From Cyanobacteriota bacterium (lineage in GTDB: Bacteria > Cyanobacteriota > Cyanobacteriia > PCC-6307 > Cyanobiaceae), in contig JBJOMY010000004.1 of NCBI GenBank assembly GCA_046052125.1, positions 192,001 to 256,000 of the forward strand: a stretch of 64,000 bases of DNA, written 5' to 3'. The translations under genes and the position numbers were made by a program. This document shows, piece after piece, positions 1 through 11,649 of the stretch (the stretch's first letter is position 1; every line of letters begins with the position of its first letter). The notes beneath the pieces are model-generated. The model was not told the DNA's origin and made no database searches. It saw only the letters and a program-made list of their open reading frames with translations.

Positions 1-36
1 CAGCAAGAGCTGATGCAGCAGCCGAAATTTGGCCAT
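1..36 (-). CDS. possible 5' end of a gene running off the left edge (MAKFRLLHQLLL...)
   Basis: ATG at 36 on the minus strand, open to position 1, downstream of the sigma gene; only 12 codons visible. Confidence 0.25.
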   Translation of the reverse strand, partial: MAKFRLLHQLLL

Positions 37-109
37 CGGAAAGCGATGGCTGCTGGGCAGCGGCGCCGAATAGGCCGGGTGGTAGACGAAAGGTGGCCTC
101 AGGGCCGCA

Positions 110-1039
110 TCAGAGGCTGGTAGGCATTCTGCGGGTGAGATGTCGCAGCTTGCGCAGGGCCTTCAGTTCCACCTGGCGCACCCGCTCGCGCGATACGTCG
201 AGCATGCGGCCGATCTCGGCGAGGGTGTGGCGCTCTTCGCCCTCGAGGCCAAAACGAAGCTCCAGCACCTGCCGCTCCTGATCGGTGAGGTGGCTGAGCC
301 AGCGACCCAGCTGCTCGTGGTGCATCCCGCGCTCCACCTGATCGAGCGGTTCGGCCTGGCTGTTGTCGGCGATGAGATCACCGAGGAAGCTGCGGCCTTC
401 CTCTCCGTTCACCGGTGCATCGAGGCTGGAGGTGGTGAGGGCCTGGCGCAGCAGCGAATCGAGTTCATCGATCGGCATGTCCATGGCCTCGGCGATCTCC
501 TTGCGGCTGGGCATCGCGCCGAGCTTGTGGGCCAGATCGAGGCTCACTTTGCGGATGGCGGTGAGGCGCTCGGAGAGATGAACCGGCAGGCGGATCGTGC
601 GGGCCTGGCAGGCGATGGCCCGGGTCATGCTCTGGCGGATCCACCAGAAGGCATAGGTGGAAAACTTGTAACCGCGGGTGGGATCGAACTTCTCCACGGC
701 CCGCTCCAGGCCGAGGGATCCTTCTTGGATCAGATCGAGCAGTTCAAGACCTTTGCCCTGATATTTCTTGGCAACGCTCACCACCAGACGGAGGTTGGCT
801 TTCATCATCCGTTCCTTGGAACGGCGGCCGACGCGAATGGTTTTTTTCTCTTTATCAGAATAGTCCTGATCGCGTTCTTCTTCAGTTAGGCGCATCATCG
901 CCTGCACCTGGTTGCCGAGTTCAATCTCTTCGGCTGGCGTCAGCAGGGGGACGCGACCAATGGTGGAGAGATACCAGCTGATGGGGTCGCTGCTCCGTCT
1001 GCGACTGGTGCCGCCTGGCGAAAGTCCGGACGCGGTCAT
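110..1039 (-). CDS. RNA polymerase sigma-70 factor, group 2 (RpoD-like, no region 1.1)
   Basis: region 1.2 YLSTIGRVPLLTPAEE, region 2 ANLRLVVSVAKKY/DLIQEG/KFSTYAFWWIRQ, region 4 TLAEIGRMLDVSRERVRQVE. Confidence 0.95.
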   Translation of the reverse strand: MTASGLSPGGTSRRRSSDPISWYLSTIGRVPLLTPAEEIELGNQVQAMMRLTEEERDQDYSDKEKKTIRVGRRSKERMMKANLRLVVSVAKKYQGKGLELLDLIQEGSLGLERAVEKFDPTRGYKFSTYAFWWIRQSMTRAIACQARTIRLPVHLSERLTAIRKVSLDLAHKLGAMPSRKEIAEAMDMPIDELDSLLRQALTTSSLDAPVNGEEGRSFLGDLIADNSQAEPLDQVERGMHHEQLGRWLSHLTDQERQVLELRFGLEGEERHTLAEIGRMLDVSRERVRQVELKALRKLRHLTRRMPTSL

Positions 1040-1169
1040 GAACCCTTATCTGGAAGTGAGAGGAATCTCCTATGGGTTTGGCAATAGTTGTTGTGATTTC
1101 AGATGCGCTTCAGCTTTCCGCAGTAAAAGCACACACATGTGTTGAGACTCACGTGTTGGCGACGATGCT

Positions 1170-2756
1170 TTAGTCGTTTCCGGTTTCTTTATTATTTTTT
1201 TCTTGCTGCTCCAGGTGGCGAGCGGTGGCTATGGGGCTCGCGCCGCCGTAGCCCATCTCGGCGGCAGCCTGCGCACCAGCGCTGGCGTGTGCCAGGGCGC
1301 TGAGGGCCAGTAGGGCTGCATCCGCTCCCTGGCTTGAGGCGATTGCTCGTGCTCCAAGGCCGCCCGCATAGCCCGCCAGCACATCGCCCAGCCCAGCCCG
1401 TGCAGCGGCATCGCAGGCTTGCTTCAGTTGCCAGCGGCGTCCATCCGCTGCAGCGATCACCGTGCGGGCGCCCTTGAGCAGCACGCTGCACTGGCAGGCC
1501 TTGGCGGCCGCGGCAGCAGCCTCCAGCGGGGGCAGATCCGCCCAATCGGGAAACAGGCGTGCGAACTCGCCGGCGTGGGGGGTGAGCCAGGTGGGACCCT
1601 GCCGCTTCAACAGCCAGGCCTGGGCCCCGAGCTTGGCCAGCCGGTTGAGACCATCGGCATCAATCACCAGCAGTCCCGTGAACCGTTGCAGGGGATCCCA
1701 GGTGGACAGGTCGTCGTCGCTGTTGCCGAGGCCGGGGCCGATCACCAGGGCATCGAGGCGTTCAAGAGCTGAAGCTGGCAGAGCGCCGAGATTGAGGCTG
1801 CCATCGGCGTGGCTCGTTAAGGCGGCACTCACCACCACATGGGGCTGGCTGATCCACAGCTGATCGGCCAGAGCTGTTGGCAGAGCGGATCGCAGGCTGC
1901 CCACGCCGCTGGCACTGGCCCCCAGCAGGCAGAGCTGGCTGGCGCCTCGATAGGCCACGCTCCCGGCGATCACCAGCAGCCTGCCCCGTTGGTATTTGGA
2001 AGCGGCTGCTGCCGGTTGAGGCCAGGGTGCCGTTGCCAGGTCGCGGTACTCGAGAGCCAGAGGCTGCTGCAGCGGCAGGGTCTGCAGCAGTGAAGCCGGC
2101 AAGCCGAGGTTGATGCGTTCCAGCTCACCCACCCAGGCGAGGGCGGTGTCTTGCACAAAGCCTTGTTTGATGAGCCCGATGCTGAGGCTGAGGCTGGCGC
2201 AGGCCGCCACGCGCCCCAGCGGCAGGCCTCGATCAGCGCAGAGCCCTGTGGGGCCATCGATGGCGATCAGTCGGTGGGGTTGCAGCCGCTGCCGCTGCTC
2301 CAGCAACGTCTGAAGGCGCTCGTCAGGGGCGCGGCTCTGACCGATGCCGAACAGGGCATCGATCCAGATCGCTGGATCGGCGGGATCGGGTTCTGCGCTC
2401 TGCTGTGGGATGCCTAGCCAGCTGGCATGGCGGAGATGGGCTGCGGTGAGTGGTTTGTGGCGCTCAAACGGGCTCCAGATCCGCACAGCGATGCCTGCCA
2501 GGTGCAGTTCGCGTGCCACCACCAAGCCATCGCCGCCGTTATGGCCCGGCCCCACCAGCACCAGGGCGCCGTGCCGCTGGAAGTGCGGCCACCAATCGGG
2601 TTGCATCAGCCGCTGTGCCACCGCCAGGGCGGCCTTCTCCATCAGCGCCTCCACCGGCAGCCCGCTGGCAAACAGCTGCTCTTCAAGGGCGGCCATCTGC
2701 TCGCCGCTCACCAGGAGATGGTCGGCATCGCGGCTGGGCCAGACGATCTGAGGCAA
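1170..2756 (-). CDS. nnr: bifunctional NAD(P)H-hydrate epimerase/dehydratase (YjeF/Nnr)
   Basis: GPGHNGGDG, DALFGIG, IGPGLG, DADGLN, TPHAGEF and GLGDVLAG motifs. Confidence 0.9.
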   Translation of the reverse strand: MPQIVWPSRDADHLLVSGEQMAALEEQLFASGLPVEALMEKAALAVAQRLMQPDWWPHFQRHGALVLVGPGHNGGDGLVVARELHLAGIAVRIWSPFERHKPLTAAHLRHASWLGIPQQSAEPDPADPAIWIDALFGIGQSRAPDERLQTLLEQRQRLQPHRLIAIDGPTGLCADRGLPLGRVAACASLSLSIGLIKQGFVQDTALAWVGELERINLGLPASLLQTLPLQQPLALEYRDLATAPWPQPAAAASKYQRGRLLVIAGSVAYRGASQLCLLGASASGVGSLRSALPTALADQLWISQPHVVVSAALTSHADGSLNLGALPASALERLDALVIGPGLGNSDDDLSTWDPLQRFTGLLVIDADGLNRLAKLGAQAWLLKRQGPTWLTPHAGEFARLFPDWADLPPLEAAAAAAKACQCSVLLKGARTVIAAADGRRWQLKQACDAAARAGLGDVLAGYAGGLGARAIASSQGADAALLALSALAHASAGAQAAAEMGYGGASPIATARHLEQQEKNNKETGND

Positions 2757-2832
2757 GGCAGGCCAGGAGGCGGCAGTTCCATGATGGAGAGATCGCCTGG
2801 ATCAAGCCGCAGGGCTTGATCGTTTTGTTGGT

Positions 2833-4017
2833 TTGGCTCGTTTTTCTGCGATTCCCAGTGCCGCTGATCCCTCGGTGGCTGCAACGCCGGCCGGGGCATC
2901 GGCCCTGCAGCGGCTTGCCGCCTGGCCAGGAGAGCACCGGGTGGCCGTGGGGCTCTCAGGCGGTGTGGATAGCTCCCTCACCGCGGCGCTGCTCGTGGAA
3001 GCGGGCTGGCAGGTGGAGGGCCTCACCCTCTGGCTGATGAGCGGCAAGGGAGCGTGCTGCGCCGAGGGTTTGGTGGATGCAGCCGGGATCTGTGAGCAGT
3101 TGGGCGTGGAGCACCACGTGGTGGATTTCCGCGAGCACTTCAAGGAGCAGATCGTGGATTTCCTGGTGCAGGGCTATGGCGATGGCGTGACACCTCTGCC
3201 CTGCTCCCGTTGCAACCGGGAAGTGAAATTCGGGCCGATGTTGCAGTGGGCCCAGGAGCAGCGCGGCATTGAGCGGATCGCCACCGGTCACTACGCCCGC
3301 GTCTGCCATGGCGAGCAGAGCGATAACGGCCGCCACCAGCTGCTGCGGGGCCTCGATCGCCAGAAGGATCAGAGCTACTTCCTCTACGACCTTCCCCAGG
3401 AGGCCCTGGGCCGGCTGGTGTTTCCGCTCGGTGAGCTCACCAAGGCCGACACCCGCGCGGAAGCGGCCCGCCATGGACTGCGCACCGCCGAGAAGCCGGA
3501 AAGCCAGGACCTTTGCCTGGCGGATCACCACGGTTCGATGCGGGCCTTTCTCGACACCTACCTGCCGCCTCGCAAGGGCGAGATTGTGCTCAGTGACGGC
3601 CGGGTCGTGGGTGAGCACGACGGCATTCAGCACTTCACCATCGGCCAGCGCAAAGGCCTAGGGGTGGCCTGGAGCGAGCCGCTGCACGTGGTGCGCCTCG
3701 ATGGTGCGATGAATCAGGTGGTGGTGGCGCCGCGCCGGGACGCTGCCCGCAGCGATGCCTTGGTTGGGGCGGTGAATTGGGTGTCGATCGCGCCCCCTGA
3801 GCAGCCGCTCGAGGTGGAAGTGCAAGTGCGCTACCGCAGTGGAGCCGTGGCGGCCCGGTTGTCTCCACTGCCAGCCACTGAGGTGGACGTTGCCGCAGGT
3901 CGCCCACACCGTTGCCGGCTGGACTTTGCCGACGAGCAGTTTTCGATCACGCCTGGCCAGGCCGCGGTGTTTTATGCGGGGGATCGGGTGCTGGGGGGTG
4001 GGTTAATCCAGCGCTGA
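2833..4017 (+). CDS. mnmA: tRNA 2-thiouridylase MnmA (start approximate)
   Basis: SGGVDS PP-loop, [42 protein letters not shown]. Confidence 0.95.
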   Translation: MARFSAIPSAADPSVAATPAGASALQRLAAWPGEHRVAVGLSGGVDSSLTAALLVEAGWQVEGLTLWLMSGKGACCAEGLVDAAGICEQLGVEHHVVDFREHFKEQIVDFLVQGYGDGVTPLPCSRCNREVKFGPMLQWAQEQRGIERIATGHYARVCHGEQSDNGRHQLLRGLDRQKDQSYFLYDLPQEALGRLVFPLGELTKADTRAEAARHGLRTAEKPESQDLCLADHHGSMRAFLDTYLPPRKGEIVLSDGRVVGEHDGIQHFTIGQRKGLGVAWSEPLHVVRLDGAMNQVVVAPRRDAARSDALVGAVNWVSIAPPEQPLEVEVQVRYRSGAVAARLSPLPATEVDVAAGRPHRCRLDFADEQFSITPGQAAVFYAGDRVLGGGLIQR

Positions 4018-4030
4018 TGCTGGAAGCCCT

Positions 4031-4270
4031 CTACCAGTAGGGGTCGGTGGAGAGCTCCACGCTGAGCGAGCCGCTGCGGCTGGCAGGCACGGTGGCAATG
4101 CAAGCGCGGATCGTGGTGCCATTCACGTCGATTTCGCAGGCGCCGCAGCTCCCCCCCAAGCACCCCGTTGGGATTGAGAAGCCTGCCTCGCGGGCCGCAT
4201 CAAGCCAGTCGCGTCCGGGGAGGCATCGGCTGGTGCGGCCCTCTGGCCAGTGGATCTGCACCTCCTTCAT
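4031..4270 (-). CDS. small 2Fe-2S ferredoxin-domain protein
   Basis: [11 protein letters not shown]...RAC cysteine pattern; 4-nt overlap with the cobQ stop. Confidence 0.85.
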   Translation of the reverse strand: MKEVQIHWPEGRTSRCLPGRDWLDAAREAGFSIPTGCLGGSCGACEIDVNGTTIRACIATVPASRSGSLSVELSTDPYW

Positions 4271-5769
4271 GGCTCGCTCAGCAAGGGCTCCAGATTGATG
4301 TGCTGTTCGAAGGCATCGGCGAGTCGATCGAGCAGTGCCTCCCGTTGACGGCTGTGGTGCGGTTGCTGTTCGCTCAGCAATGGCAACCCCTTGCGTGCTC
4401 TCAACTGGTTCAACCAGCGGCGGCGCCAGGGCCCTCTTTCAAACACGCCGTGCAGGTAGGTGCCAGCCACGTTGCCCTGCACCCAACCCAGACCAGCATC
4501 AGCGCAGAGGGACTCACAGGGATCCAGAGCTGAGCTCGAGCCGCGATGGAGCTCGAAGCCCTCGATCGCGATCGGTTCTGAGCTGCCCCCGTTCACGCTG
4601 GGCCAGAGCGCCGGACTGTTCCTTTGGCGTAGGGCCTTCGTGCCGCCAAACACCGTGCGCAGCGGCAACAGGTTCAAACCACAGCTGTTCGACGCTCCGT
4701 TGCAGCTGCCTTCCAGGCCATCAGGGTCGCTCAGTTCGCGGCCCAGCAGCTGCATGCCGCCGCAGATGCCGAACACGTGGCCGCCGACTTGGGCATAGCG
4801 CTGCACTGCTGCTCCCAAGTTGCGGCTTTGCAGCGCCTCAAGATCCCGCAGGGTCTGCTTGCTGCCGGGCACCAACACCGCATCGGGATGGCCAAGCTCC
4901 TCGCCGGGCGCCACCCAGCGCAATTGCACCGTGGGCTCGGCCTCCAGCGGATCGAGATCGGAGAAATTGCTCAGGGAGGGCAGCTTGAGCACAGCGATCT
5001 CCAGCTCGGCACCGCGCTTGCGTCCGCGCCGTTCCAGTAGATCGAGGGAGTCTTCCGGTGGGAACAGCTCATCCAGCCAGGGCATCACCCCGAGCACCGG
5101 GATGCCGGTGTTGGCTTCCAGCCAGCGCCGGCCTTCATCAAAGAGTTCACGGCGCCCGCGGAAACGGTTGATCAGCAGGCCACGGATCAGCGGCCGCTCC
5201 ACTGGTCGCAGCAAGGCCAGCGTGCCCACCAGCTGGGCGAACACGCCGCCCCGCTCAATGTCGGCCACAAGGATGCAGTTGGCGCGCAGGTATTGGGCCA
5301 GCCGAAGATTGGTGAGGTCCCGCGGTTGCAGATTCACCTCCACCGGGCTGCCTGCCCCCTCCAGCACCAGCCGCCCGTCGGGGTATGCCGCTTGCAGTGC
5401 GCCCAGGCCTTGGCGGATTGAAGCCCAGCCGGGTCTGAACCAGTCGCGGTAGTAGTGCTCGGCGCGGCAGCTGCCCACCGATTGCCCCAGGTGGATGACT
5501 TCACTGGTGCTGTCGCCCTGGGGTTTGAGCAGCACCGGATTCATGGAGCACTGAGGCTCAACTCCTGCAGCCCAGGCTTGCAACGCTTGGGAGTAGGCCA
5601 TCTCGCCGCCGGCCTGATCCACCCAGGCGTTGTTGCTCATGTTCTGACCCTTGAAGGGCAGCGGCGTTTCACCGCGGCGCCGCAGCACGCGGCAGAGCGC
5701 GGCCGTCATCAACGACTTGCCGGCACCGCTGCTGGTGCCGAGCACCATCAAGGGGGTGGGTGATCTCAC
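4267..5769 (-). CDS. cobQ: cobyric acid synthase
   Basis: [47 protein letters not shown]. Confidence 0.95.
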   Translation of the reverse strand: MRSPTPLMVLGTSSGAGKSLMTAALCRVLRRRGETPLPFKGQNMSNNAWVDQAGGEMAYSQALQAWAAGVEPQCSMNPVLLKPQGDSTSEVIHLGQSVGSCRAEHYYRDWFRPGWASIRQGLGALQAAYPDGRLVLEGAGSPVEVNLQPRDLTNLRLAQYLRANCILVADIERGGVFAQLVGTLALLRPVERPLIRGLLINRFRGRRELFDEGRRWLEANTGIPVLGVMPWLDELFPPEDSLDLLERRGRKRGAELEIAVLKLPSLSNFSDLDPLEAEPTVQLRWVAPGEELGHPDAVLVPGSKQTLRDLEALQSRNLGAAVQRYAQVGGHVFGICGGMQLLGRELSDPDGLEGSCNGASNSCGLNLLPLRTVFGGTKALRQRNSPALWPSVNGGSSEPIAIEGFELHRGSSSALDPCESLCADAGLGWVQGNVAGTYLHGVFERGPWRRRWLNQLRARKGLPLLSEQQPHHSRQREALLDRLADAFEQHINLEPLLSEP

Positions 5770-6128
5770 AGCCTTGGCTGATGGCGACGCAGCCAGTGCT
5801 TCAGGCGCATCAGCCAGCTGGCCGGCGGGATCGCCTCACCCCAGGGCTCGAGCACCTGCCGGCCCAGGGGAGTGAGGCGCACCCGTTCGGTCAGTCCCTG
5901 ACCGTCCACCTCACGACGCAGCACACCGAGCTGGATCAGCCAGATCAGGTGGTCTTCCGTTGCGTTCGTGCTCAGGGGCCAATCGGGCCTGGCTGCCAAT
6001 TGGGTGCTGCTCAGGGCTCCTTGCTCCAGCTCTTGGTAGAAGCTCAGGGCGAATGGAAGGGAGCGCACAGCCTGGCGGGCGCGTCTCAGGGCACGCTGAT
6101 CCTGGGGGCTGAGGGCTTGGGCCGTCAC
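5766..6128 (-). CDS. conserved cyanobacterial hypothetical protein (Npun_F0494-like)
   Basis: [27 protein letters not shown] motif; 4-nt overlap with the cobQ start. Confidence 0.7.
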   Translation of the reverse strand: MTAQALSPQDQRALRRARQAVRSLPFALSFYQELEQGALSSTQLAARPDWPLSTNATEDHLIWLIQLGVLRREVDGQGLTERVRLTPLGRQVLEPWGEAIPPASWLMRLKHWLRRHQPRL

Positions 6129-6187
6129 GTAAGCAGTACCGCGTTGGTGGCTTCCGCTGGCATTCTCGGCCTACGCCTTGCTCACCG

Positions 6188-6775
6188 TTGATCGTGCTGC
6201 TGCTGGCTTCTGCTTCTCCTGCTCGTCGCCGTCTGCTGGAGCAGGCAGCCATTCCTCATTGTGTGCAGGTGAGTGGCGTGGATGAAGAGGCCATCACCGA
6301 TCCCGATCCGGTGCAGCTGGTGCAGCTGCTCGCTCAGGCCAAGGCGGCTGCCGTGTGCGGTTCGCTGATGAATCAAGGCGACAGCGATGTGACGGCTGTG
6401 TTGGGTTGTGATTCGGTGCTGGCGTTTGAGGGTGAGGTGTTTGGGAAACCAGCTGACGCCGATGAAGCCATCGCTCGCTGGCGGCAGATGGCGGGTCGCT
6501 GGGGAGAGCTCCACACCGGCCACTGTTTGTTGGCACCAACGGCTGAACTGCTGCACATCACCACCGTGACGACCCGGGTGCAGTTCGCCGCTTTGAGCGA
6601 TGCAGAGATTGATGTCTACGTGGCTAGCGGTGAGCCGTTGCAGTGTGCCGGTGGTTTTGCGCTCGAAGGCCGCGGTGGAGCGGTGGTGGAGCGCATCGAG
6701 GGTTGTTTTTCCAATGTGATCGGCCTCAGCTTGCCGTTGCTGCGGCGTTGGCTCATCGACGCACCACCGCACTGA
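6188..6775 (+). CDS. maf: Maf-family nucleoside triphosphate pyrophosphatase
   Basis: [26 protein letters not shown]. Confidence 0.92.
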   Translation: MIVLLLASASPARRRLLEQAAIPHCVQVSGVDEEAITDPDPVQLVQLLAQAKAAAVCGSLMNQGDSDVTAVLGCDSVLAFEGEVFGKPADADEAIARWRQMAGRWGELHTGHCLLAPTAELLHITTVTTRVQFAALSDAEIDVYVASGEPLQCAGGFALEGRGGAVVERIEGCFSNVIGLSLPLLRRWLIDAPPH

Positions 6776-6867
6776 TTCCTCCAAGGCCTTGCACCAAAAA
6801 CGCATCGCTCTGTTGCCAGTGGCTGATCGCCGTGGCTAGGGCCTGGAGTAGCACTACCGCAACTCTG

Positions 6868-7125
6868 ATGAAGTCTCTTGCGCTGTTGGCTGCTGGATGC
6901 CTCCTGGCCTGGAGTGGTCTGCCCGCCAATGCCTCCTCGATCGAGCCGATTGAACGTCCACAGACAGCCCCCGCTGTCGAGCAGCCCGTGGTTGCCGAGC
7001 AAAGCCATCTTCAGGCTGCCTCAAACGCCATGCGCAGTGGGATCAGCCGCGATGGGGATCTGCCCTTGGAGTTCAAAAAGCCCACGGGGCCCCGTGGCCA
7101 CAACCTGATCAATCTCAGCTTCTAG
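6868..7125 (+). CDS. small secreted hypothetical protein (~85 aa)
   Basis: ATG at 6868 followed by a signal-peptide-like MKSLALLAAGCLLAWSGLPANA; fills the gap between maf and the psbC terminator. Confidence 0.6.
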   Translation: MKSLALLAAGCLLAWSGLPANASSIEPIERPQTAPAVEQPVVAEQSHLQAASNAMRSGISRDGDLPLEFKKPTGPRGHNLINLSF

Positions 7126-7138
7126 TTCAGGTGCCATG

Positions 7139-7166
7139 AAAAAGCCCCCGCCTTTCGGCGAGGGCT
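7139..7166 (-). terminator. rho-independent terminator of psbDC
   Basis: plus-strand AAAAAGCCCCCGCC-TTTC-GGCGAGGGCT reads as a GC hairpin followed by a U-tract on the minus strand, just downstream of psbC. Confidence 0.8.
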
Positions 7167-7193
7167 GAGGAACCTGAGTGATCGGGTGAACGA

Positions 7194-8582
7194 TCAGTCG
7201 AGGTCGGGCATGGACAGAGTGGGCTCTGCCTTACGGTCGATACCCTTCTCGAAACCGGCAGCTGCAGCGCGGGCGCGGCCGGCGTGCCAGAGGTGACCCA
7301 CCAGGAAGAAGAAGGCGAGCACGAACTGAGTCGCGGCCAGCCACTGGCGGATGTTCACGAAGTTCACCGAGTTGGGCTCGGTGATGATGCCGCCCACAGA
7401 GTTTAGAGACGCGTTGGGGGCGTGGGTCATGTACTCAGCCGCGCGGCGCACTTGCCAGGGCTGAATGTCGTTCTGGAGCTTGTCGAGGCTGAGGCCGTTG
7501 GGGCCGCGCAGGGGCTCCAGCCAGGGACCACGGAAGTCCCAGAAACGCATGGTTTCACCACCAAAGATGATCTCGCCGGTGGGGGAGCGCATCAGGTACT
7601 TACCCAGACCGGTGGGACCCATGGCGGAGCCGATGTTGGCGCCGAGGCGTTGGTCACGCACCAGGAAGGTGAAGCTCTGGGCCTGGGAGGCTTCGGCGTT
7701 GGTGGGGCCGTAGAACTCCGAGGGATAAGCGGTGTTGTTGAACCAGATGTAGGCCGAAGCGATGAAGCTCATGAAGCTCAGGGCGCCAAGGCTGTAGCTC
7801 AGGTAAGCCTCACCGTTCCAGATGAAGGCACGGCGCACCCAGCCAAAAGGCTTGGTCACCACGTGCCAGATGCCACCAAAGATCAGGGTCAGACCCAGCC
7901 AGATGTGGCCACCGATGATGTCCTCCATCGAGTTCACACCGATGATCCAGCCCTCGCCGCCAAAGGGGGCGCGGAACAGGTAGCCGAAGATCACACCCGG
8001 ATCGAGGGTGGGGTTGGTGATCAGGCGCACGTCGCCGCCACCGGGTGCCCAGGTGTCGTAAACGCCACCGAAGAACATCGCCTTGAAGACCAGCAGCAGG
8101 CAGCCCACACCCAGAAGGATGAGGTGGTAGCCAATGATGTTGGTCATCTGGTTCTTATCGCGCCAATCCTGCGAGAAGAAGGCGGAATAGTTCTCCAGAA
8201 TTTCGGGGCCACGCAGAGCGTGATACAGGCCGCCGAGGCCGAGCACGGCGGAGCTGATCAGGTGCAGCACACCGACCACGAAGAAGGGGTAGAGGTCGAC
8301 GACCTCACCACCGGGGCCCACGCCGTAGCCAAGGGTGGCGACGTGGGGGAACAGGATCAGGCCCTGTTCGTACATGGGCTTGTCGAAGGTGAAGTGGCTC
8401 ACCTCGAACAGCATCATGGCGCCAGCCCAGAACACCATCAGACCGGCGTGGGCGACGTGGGCACCCAGAAGGCGACCCGACAGGTTGATCAGACGAGCGT
8501 TACCCGACCACCAGGCATAGCCCGTGGAGTCGAGGTCCTTCCCGCCGATCCCGGAGAGAGAAGGATTAGAGAGCGTTACCAC
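7194..8582 (-). CDS. psbC: photosystem II CP43 protein
   Basis: [33 protein letters not shown]; canonical GTG start at 8582 overlapping the psbD 3' end by 17 nt. Confidence 0.98.
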   Translation of the reverse strand: MVTLSNPSLSGIGGKDLDSTGYAWWSGNARLINLSGRLLGAHVAHAGLMVFWAGAMMLFEVSHFTFDKPMYEQGLILFPHVATLGYGVGPGGEVVDLYPFFVVGVLHLISSAVLGLGGLYHALRGPEILENYSAFFSQDWRDKNQMTNIIGYHLILLGVGCLLLVFKAMFFGGVYDTWAPGGGDVRLITNPTLDPGVIFGYLFRAPFGGEGWIIGVNSMEDIIGGHIWLGLTLIFGGIWHVVTKPFGWVRRAFIWNGEAYLSYSLGALSFMSFIASAYIWFNNTAYPSEFYGPTNAEASQAQSFTFLVRDQRLGANIGSAMGPTGLGKYLMRSPTGEIIFGGETMRFWDFRGPWLEPLRGPNGLSLDKLQNDIQPWQVRRAAEYMTHAPNASLNSVGGIITEPNSVNFVNIRQWLAATQFVLAFFFLVGHLWHAGRARAAAAGFEKGIDRKAEPTLSMPDLD

Positions 8583-9621
8583 GGGGCAGAACCTCTTCAG
8601 GGAAGACGAAGTTTTCGTGCGGCTGGTCAGCCGGTGCCATCCAGGCACGCAGACCTTCGTTCAGAAGAATGTTCTTCGTGTAGAAGGTCTCGAACTCGGG
8701 GTCCTCAGCAGCGCGGATTTCCTGCGACACGAAGTCGTAGGCACGCAGGTTGAGGGCCAGGCCGATGATGCCGATGCTGCTGGTCCACAGACCCATCACC
8801 GGCACGAACAGCATGAAGAAGTGCAGCCAGCGCTTGTTGGAGAAGGCGATCCCGAAGATCTGGCTCCAGAAGCGGTTGGCGGTGACCATCGAATAGGTCT
8901 CTTCTTCCTGGGTGGGTTCGAACGCCTTGAAGGTGTTCGCCTGGTCGGAGTCTTCGAACAGGGTGTTCTCCACCGTGGCGCCGTGGATGGCGCAGAGCAG
9001 AGCACCACCGAGGATGCCGGCCACGCCCATCATGTGGAAGGGGTTCAGCGTCCAGTTGTGGAAGCCCTGCAGGAAGAGCAGGAAGCGGAAGATCGCTGCC
9101 ACACCGAAGCTGGGAGCAAAGAACCAGCTGCTCTGGCCGAGGGGGTACATCAGGAAGACACTGACGAACACCGCGATCGGGCCGGAGAAGGCGATGGCGT
9201 TGTAGGGGCGAATGCCCACCAGGCGGGCGATCTCGAACTGACGCAGCATGAAGCCGATCAGGGAGAAGGCACCGTGCAGGGCCACGAAGGTCCACAGGCC
9301 GCCGAGCTGGCACCAGCGCACGAAGTCGCCCTGTGCCTCAGGACCCCAGAGGAGCAGGAGGGAATGGCCCATGGCATCCGCCGGGCTGCTCACCGCAGCG
9401 GTGAGGAAGTTGCAGCCCTCCAGGTAGGAGCTGGCAATGCCGTGGGTGTACCAGGAAGTGACAAAGGTGGTGCCGGTCAGCCAGCCACCCAGCGCCAGGT
9501 AGGCGGTGGGGAACAGGAGCAGACCCGACCACCCGACAAAAACGAAGCGGTCGCGCTTGAGCCAGTCATCGAGGACGTCGAACCATCCCCGCTGCGGCGC
9601 GCGCCCTACAGCGATCGTCAT
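8566..9621 (-). CDS. psbD: photosystem II D2 protein
   Basis: MTIAVG...[16 protein letters not shown]...[14 protein letters not shown] at 9621 gives 351 aa. Confidence 0.99.
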   Translation of the reverse strand: MTIAVGRAPQRGWFDVLDDWLKRDRFVFVGWSGLLLFPTAYLALGGWLTGTTFVTSWYTHGIASSYLEGCNFLTAAVSSPADAMGHSLLLLWGPEAQGDFVRWCQLGGLWTFVALHGAFSLIGFMLRQFEIARLVGIRPYNAIAFSGPIAVFVSVFLMYPLGQSSWFFAPSFGVAAIFRFLLFLQGFHNWTLNPFHMMGVAGILGGALLCAIHGATVENTLFEDSDQANTFKAFEPTQEEETYSMVTANRFWSQIFGIAFSNKRWLHFFMLFVPVMGLWTSSIGIIGLALNLRAYDFVSQEIRAAEDPEFETFYTKNILLNEGLRAWMAPADQPHENFVFPEEVLPRGNAL

Positions 9622-9806
9622 GGGTGGGAAAAACCGCGGGCTGTGGGTTACCGGGCGATGGTAACAACGTTGATCCGCACCGCGAGGCGGGTTTTGACGG
9701 GCTGACACGGCCCGTCACCATTGCGTTTTGGGTATTTGTGCTCAGGTTGCGGCCGGCCGGGCTGCCGGGCGCGCCAAGATGGCAAGCCCCTGGTTTCTCA
9801 GCGCGC

Positions 9807-10373
9807 ATGGCCTCGGCATCCGCAGCGAAGGCTGCCCCCTCCTCCGAGCTGCTGGAGCAGGGGGTGCTGGGGTCCCGCCGCCTCTCCAACGTGCTGGTTG
9901 CTGCCGTGGTGAGCACCGGCGGCCTCGGTTTTCTGCTCACCAGTGCCTCCAGCTATCTCGGCACCGATCTGCTGCCCATTGGGCACCCCGCCGCCCTGAG
10001 TTGGGTTCCCCAGGGGCTGGTGATGGGCCTCTATGGCATCGCCGCCGCACTGCTCGCCACCTATTTGTGGACGGTGATTGCGCTTGATGTGGGTGCAGGC
10101 GCCAATCGCTTCGACAAAGCCACGGGCACCCTCACGGTCACCCGTCGTGGCTTCCGTGAGCAGATCAGCGTCACCACGCCTCTCAAAGACATCCAGGCCG
10201 TGAAGGTGGATGTGCGCGATGGCCTGAACCCCCGCCGCCGCCTGGCACTGCGTGTTCAGGGTCGCCGCGACCTGCCCCTCACCCGCGTGGGTGAGCCCAT
10301 GCCTCTGGCCGATCTGGAGCGCGGCGGTGCCGAGCTCGCTCGTTTCCTTGGTGTTCCCCTGGAGGGCGTGTGA
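9807..10373 (+). CDS. ycf4: photosystem I assembly protein Ycf4
   Basis: [41 protein letters not shown]; divergent from psbD. Confidence 0.93.
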   Translation: MASASAAKAAPSSELLEQGVLGSRRLSNVLVAAVVSTGGLGFLLTSASSYLGTDLLPIGHPAALSWVPQGLVMGLYGIAAALLATYLWTVIALDVGAGANRFDKATGTLTVTRRGFREQISVTTPLKDIQAVKVDVRDGLNPRRRLALRVQGRRDLPLTRVGEPMPLADLERGGAELARFLGVPLEGV

Positions 10374-11080
10374 TGAGCACCATGCGTTCCTGGCTGCTGG
10401 CCGTCGTTTTGCTGCTCAGCCCCCTGGGGCCTGTGGCATGTGCGGCTCCCGGCCCATCCGCCAGCTTTGGTTGTGGCAGCTCGGGTGTTCCGTGCCTCAA
10501 GGGCACGGCCCTGGTGGAGCTCACCACCAGCAAAGGCACTGTGGAGGTGAGCCTTGATGGCAGCGCCGCTCCTCTCACCGCCGGCAATTTTGTTGATCTG
10601 GTGCGCCGCGGCGCCTACACCGGCACGCTCTTCCACCGGGTGGTGAAAGAACCGATTCCGTTTGTGGTGCAAGGCGGTGATCCCCAAAGCGCCAACCCCA
10701 GTACCCCCGTGGATCTATTGGGTACCGGAAGCTTCATCGACCCCGCCACGGGCCAGCCTCGCTTGATCCCGCTGGAGCTCTTCCTGGATGGGGACCAGGC
10801 CCCTCGCTACGGCGAGATCACCGTTGGCCCAGGCCAGGCCCAGCGGTTGAAGCTGCAGCACCAGCGCGGTGCCCTGGCGATGGCCCGCTCCAACGATCCC
10901 AACTCGGCCAGCGCGCAGTTCTATATCGCTCTGCGGGCGCTGCCTGAACTGGATGGTCGCTATGCCGTGTTCGGCCGGGTGACCAAAGGGATGGACGTGG
11001 TCGACAAGATCAACCAGGGCGACAAGCTGATCAGCGCCAAAGTGCTGCAAGGCGGCACCCTGGTTCAGGACGCCAAGTGA
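10370..11080 (+). CDS. cyclophilin-type peptidyl-prolyl isomerase, exported
   Basis: [46 protein letters not shown]-terminal signal peptide. Confidence 0.92.
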   Translation: MMSTMRSWLLAVVLLLSPLGPVACAAPGPSASFGCGSSGVPCLKGTALVELTTSKGTVEVSLDGSAAPLTAGNFVDLVRRGAYTGTLFHRVVKEPIPFVVQGGDPQSANPSTPVDLLGTGSFIDPATGQPRLIPLELFLDGDQAPRYGEITVGPGQAQRLKLQHQRGALAMARSNDPNSASAQFYIALRALPELDGRYAVFGRVTKGMDVVDKINQGDKLISAKVLQGGTLVQDAK

Positions 11081-11118
11081 TCCAGGCCTCGATGAGCGGT
11101 TCGGTTTAGGCCAACCGC

Positions 11119-11649
11119 TCAGGCCGGCACGCGTTTATCAAGGCTGGTGACCTTGAGGTACGGCGTGTTCACACCCGACGCACGCTCGAGGGAGATACGG
11201 CCGGTGCGCGCAATCTCGAGAATTCCGTAGGGCTCGAGCACGTTTTCTAGGGCCACCAATTTGCCTGGGTCACCCACCACTTCGATGGTGAGGGCGTCGC
11301 TGGCCACATCCACCACCTTGGCGCGGAACACCTGCACCAGATCGAGGATCGAAGCGCGCTGCTCCTCCGGTGCTGACACCTTCAGGAGCATCAGCTCGCG
11401 CTCCACCGCTGGGATTCGGGTGAGGTCGTTCACCTCCAACACGTTGATGAGCTTGTTGAGCTGCTTGCTCATCTGGGAGAGGGTGCGGTCGTCGCCCTCC
11501 ACCACCATCGTGAGCCGCGAGACGCCATCGCGTTCGGCAGGACCGACGGCCAGGCTTTCGATGTTGAAACCGCGGCGGGCAAAAAGGCCGGAGATGCGGC
11601 TGAGCACGCCCGATTCGTCCTCCACCAGCACCGACAGGGTGTGCTTCAT
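11119..11649 (-). CDS. ilvN: acetolactate synthase small subunit
   Basis: [39 protein letters not shown] domain. Confidence 0.96.
   Translation of the reverse strand: MKHTLSVLVEDESGVLSRISGLFARRGFNIESLAVGPAERDGVSRLTMVVEGDDRTLSQMSKQLNKLINVLEVNDLTRIPAVERELMLLKVSAPEEQRASILDLVQVFRAKVVDVASDALTIEVVGDPGKLVALENVLEPYGILEIARTGRISLERASGVNTPYLKVTSLDKRVPA

Noticed and set aside
1133..1158. Palindrome ACACATGTGT and repeat CA(T/C)GTGTTG upstream of the sigma factor
   Set aside because: Too short, with no matching regulator motif I can name
7422..9705. Long antisense ORFs opposite psbC/psbD (443 and 393 aa), and similar ones opposite pntA/pntB, polA, gltX and hemL
   Set aside because: Shadow frames expected from GC-rich codon bias; no recognisable motifs
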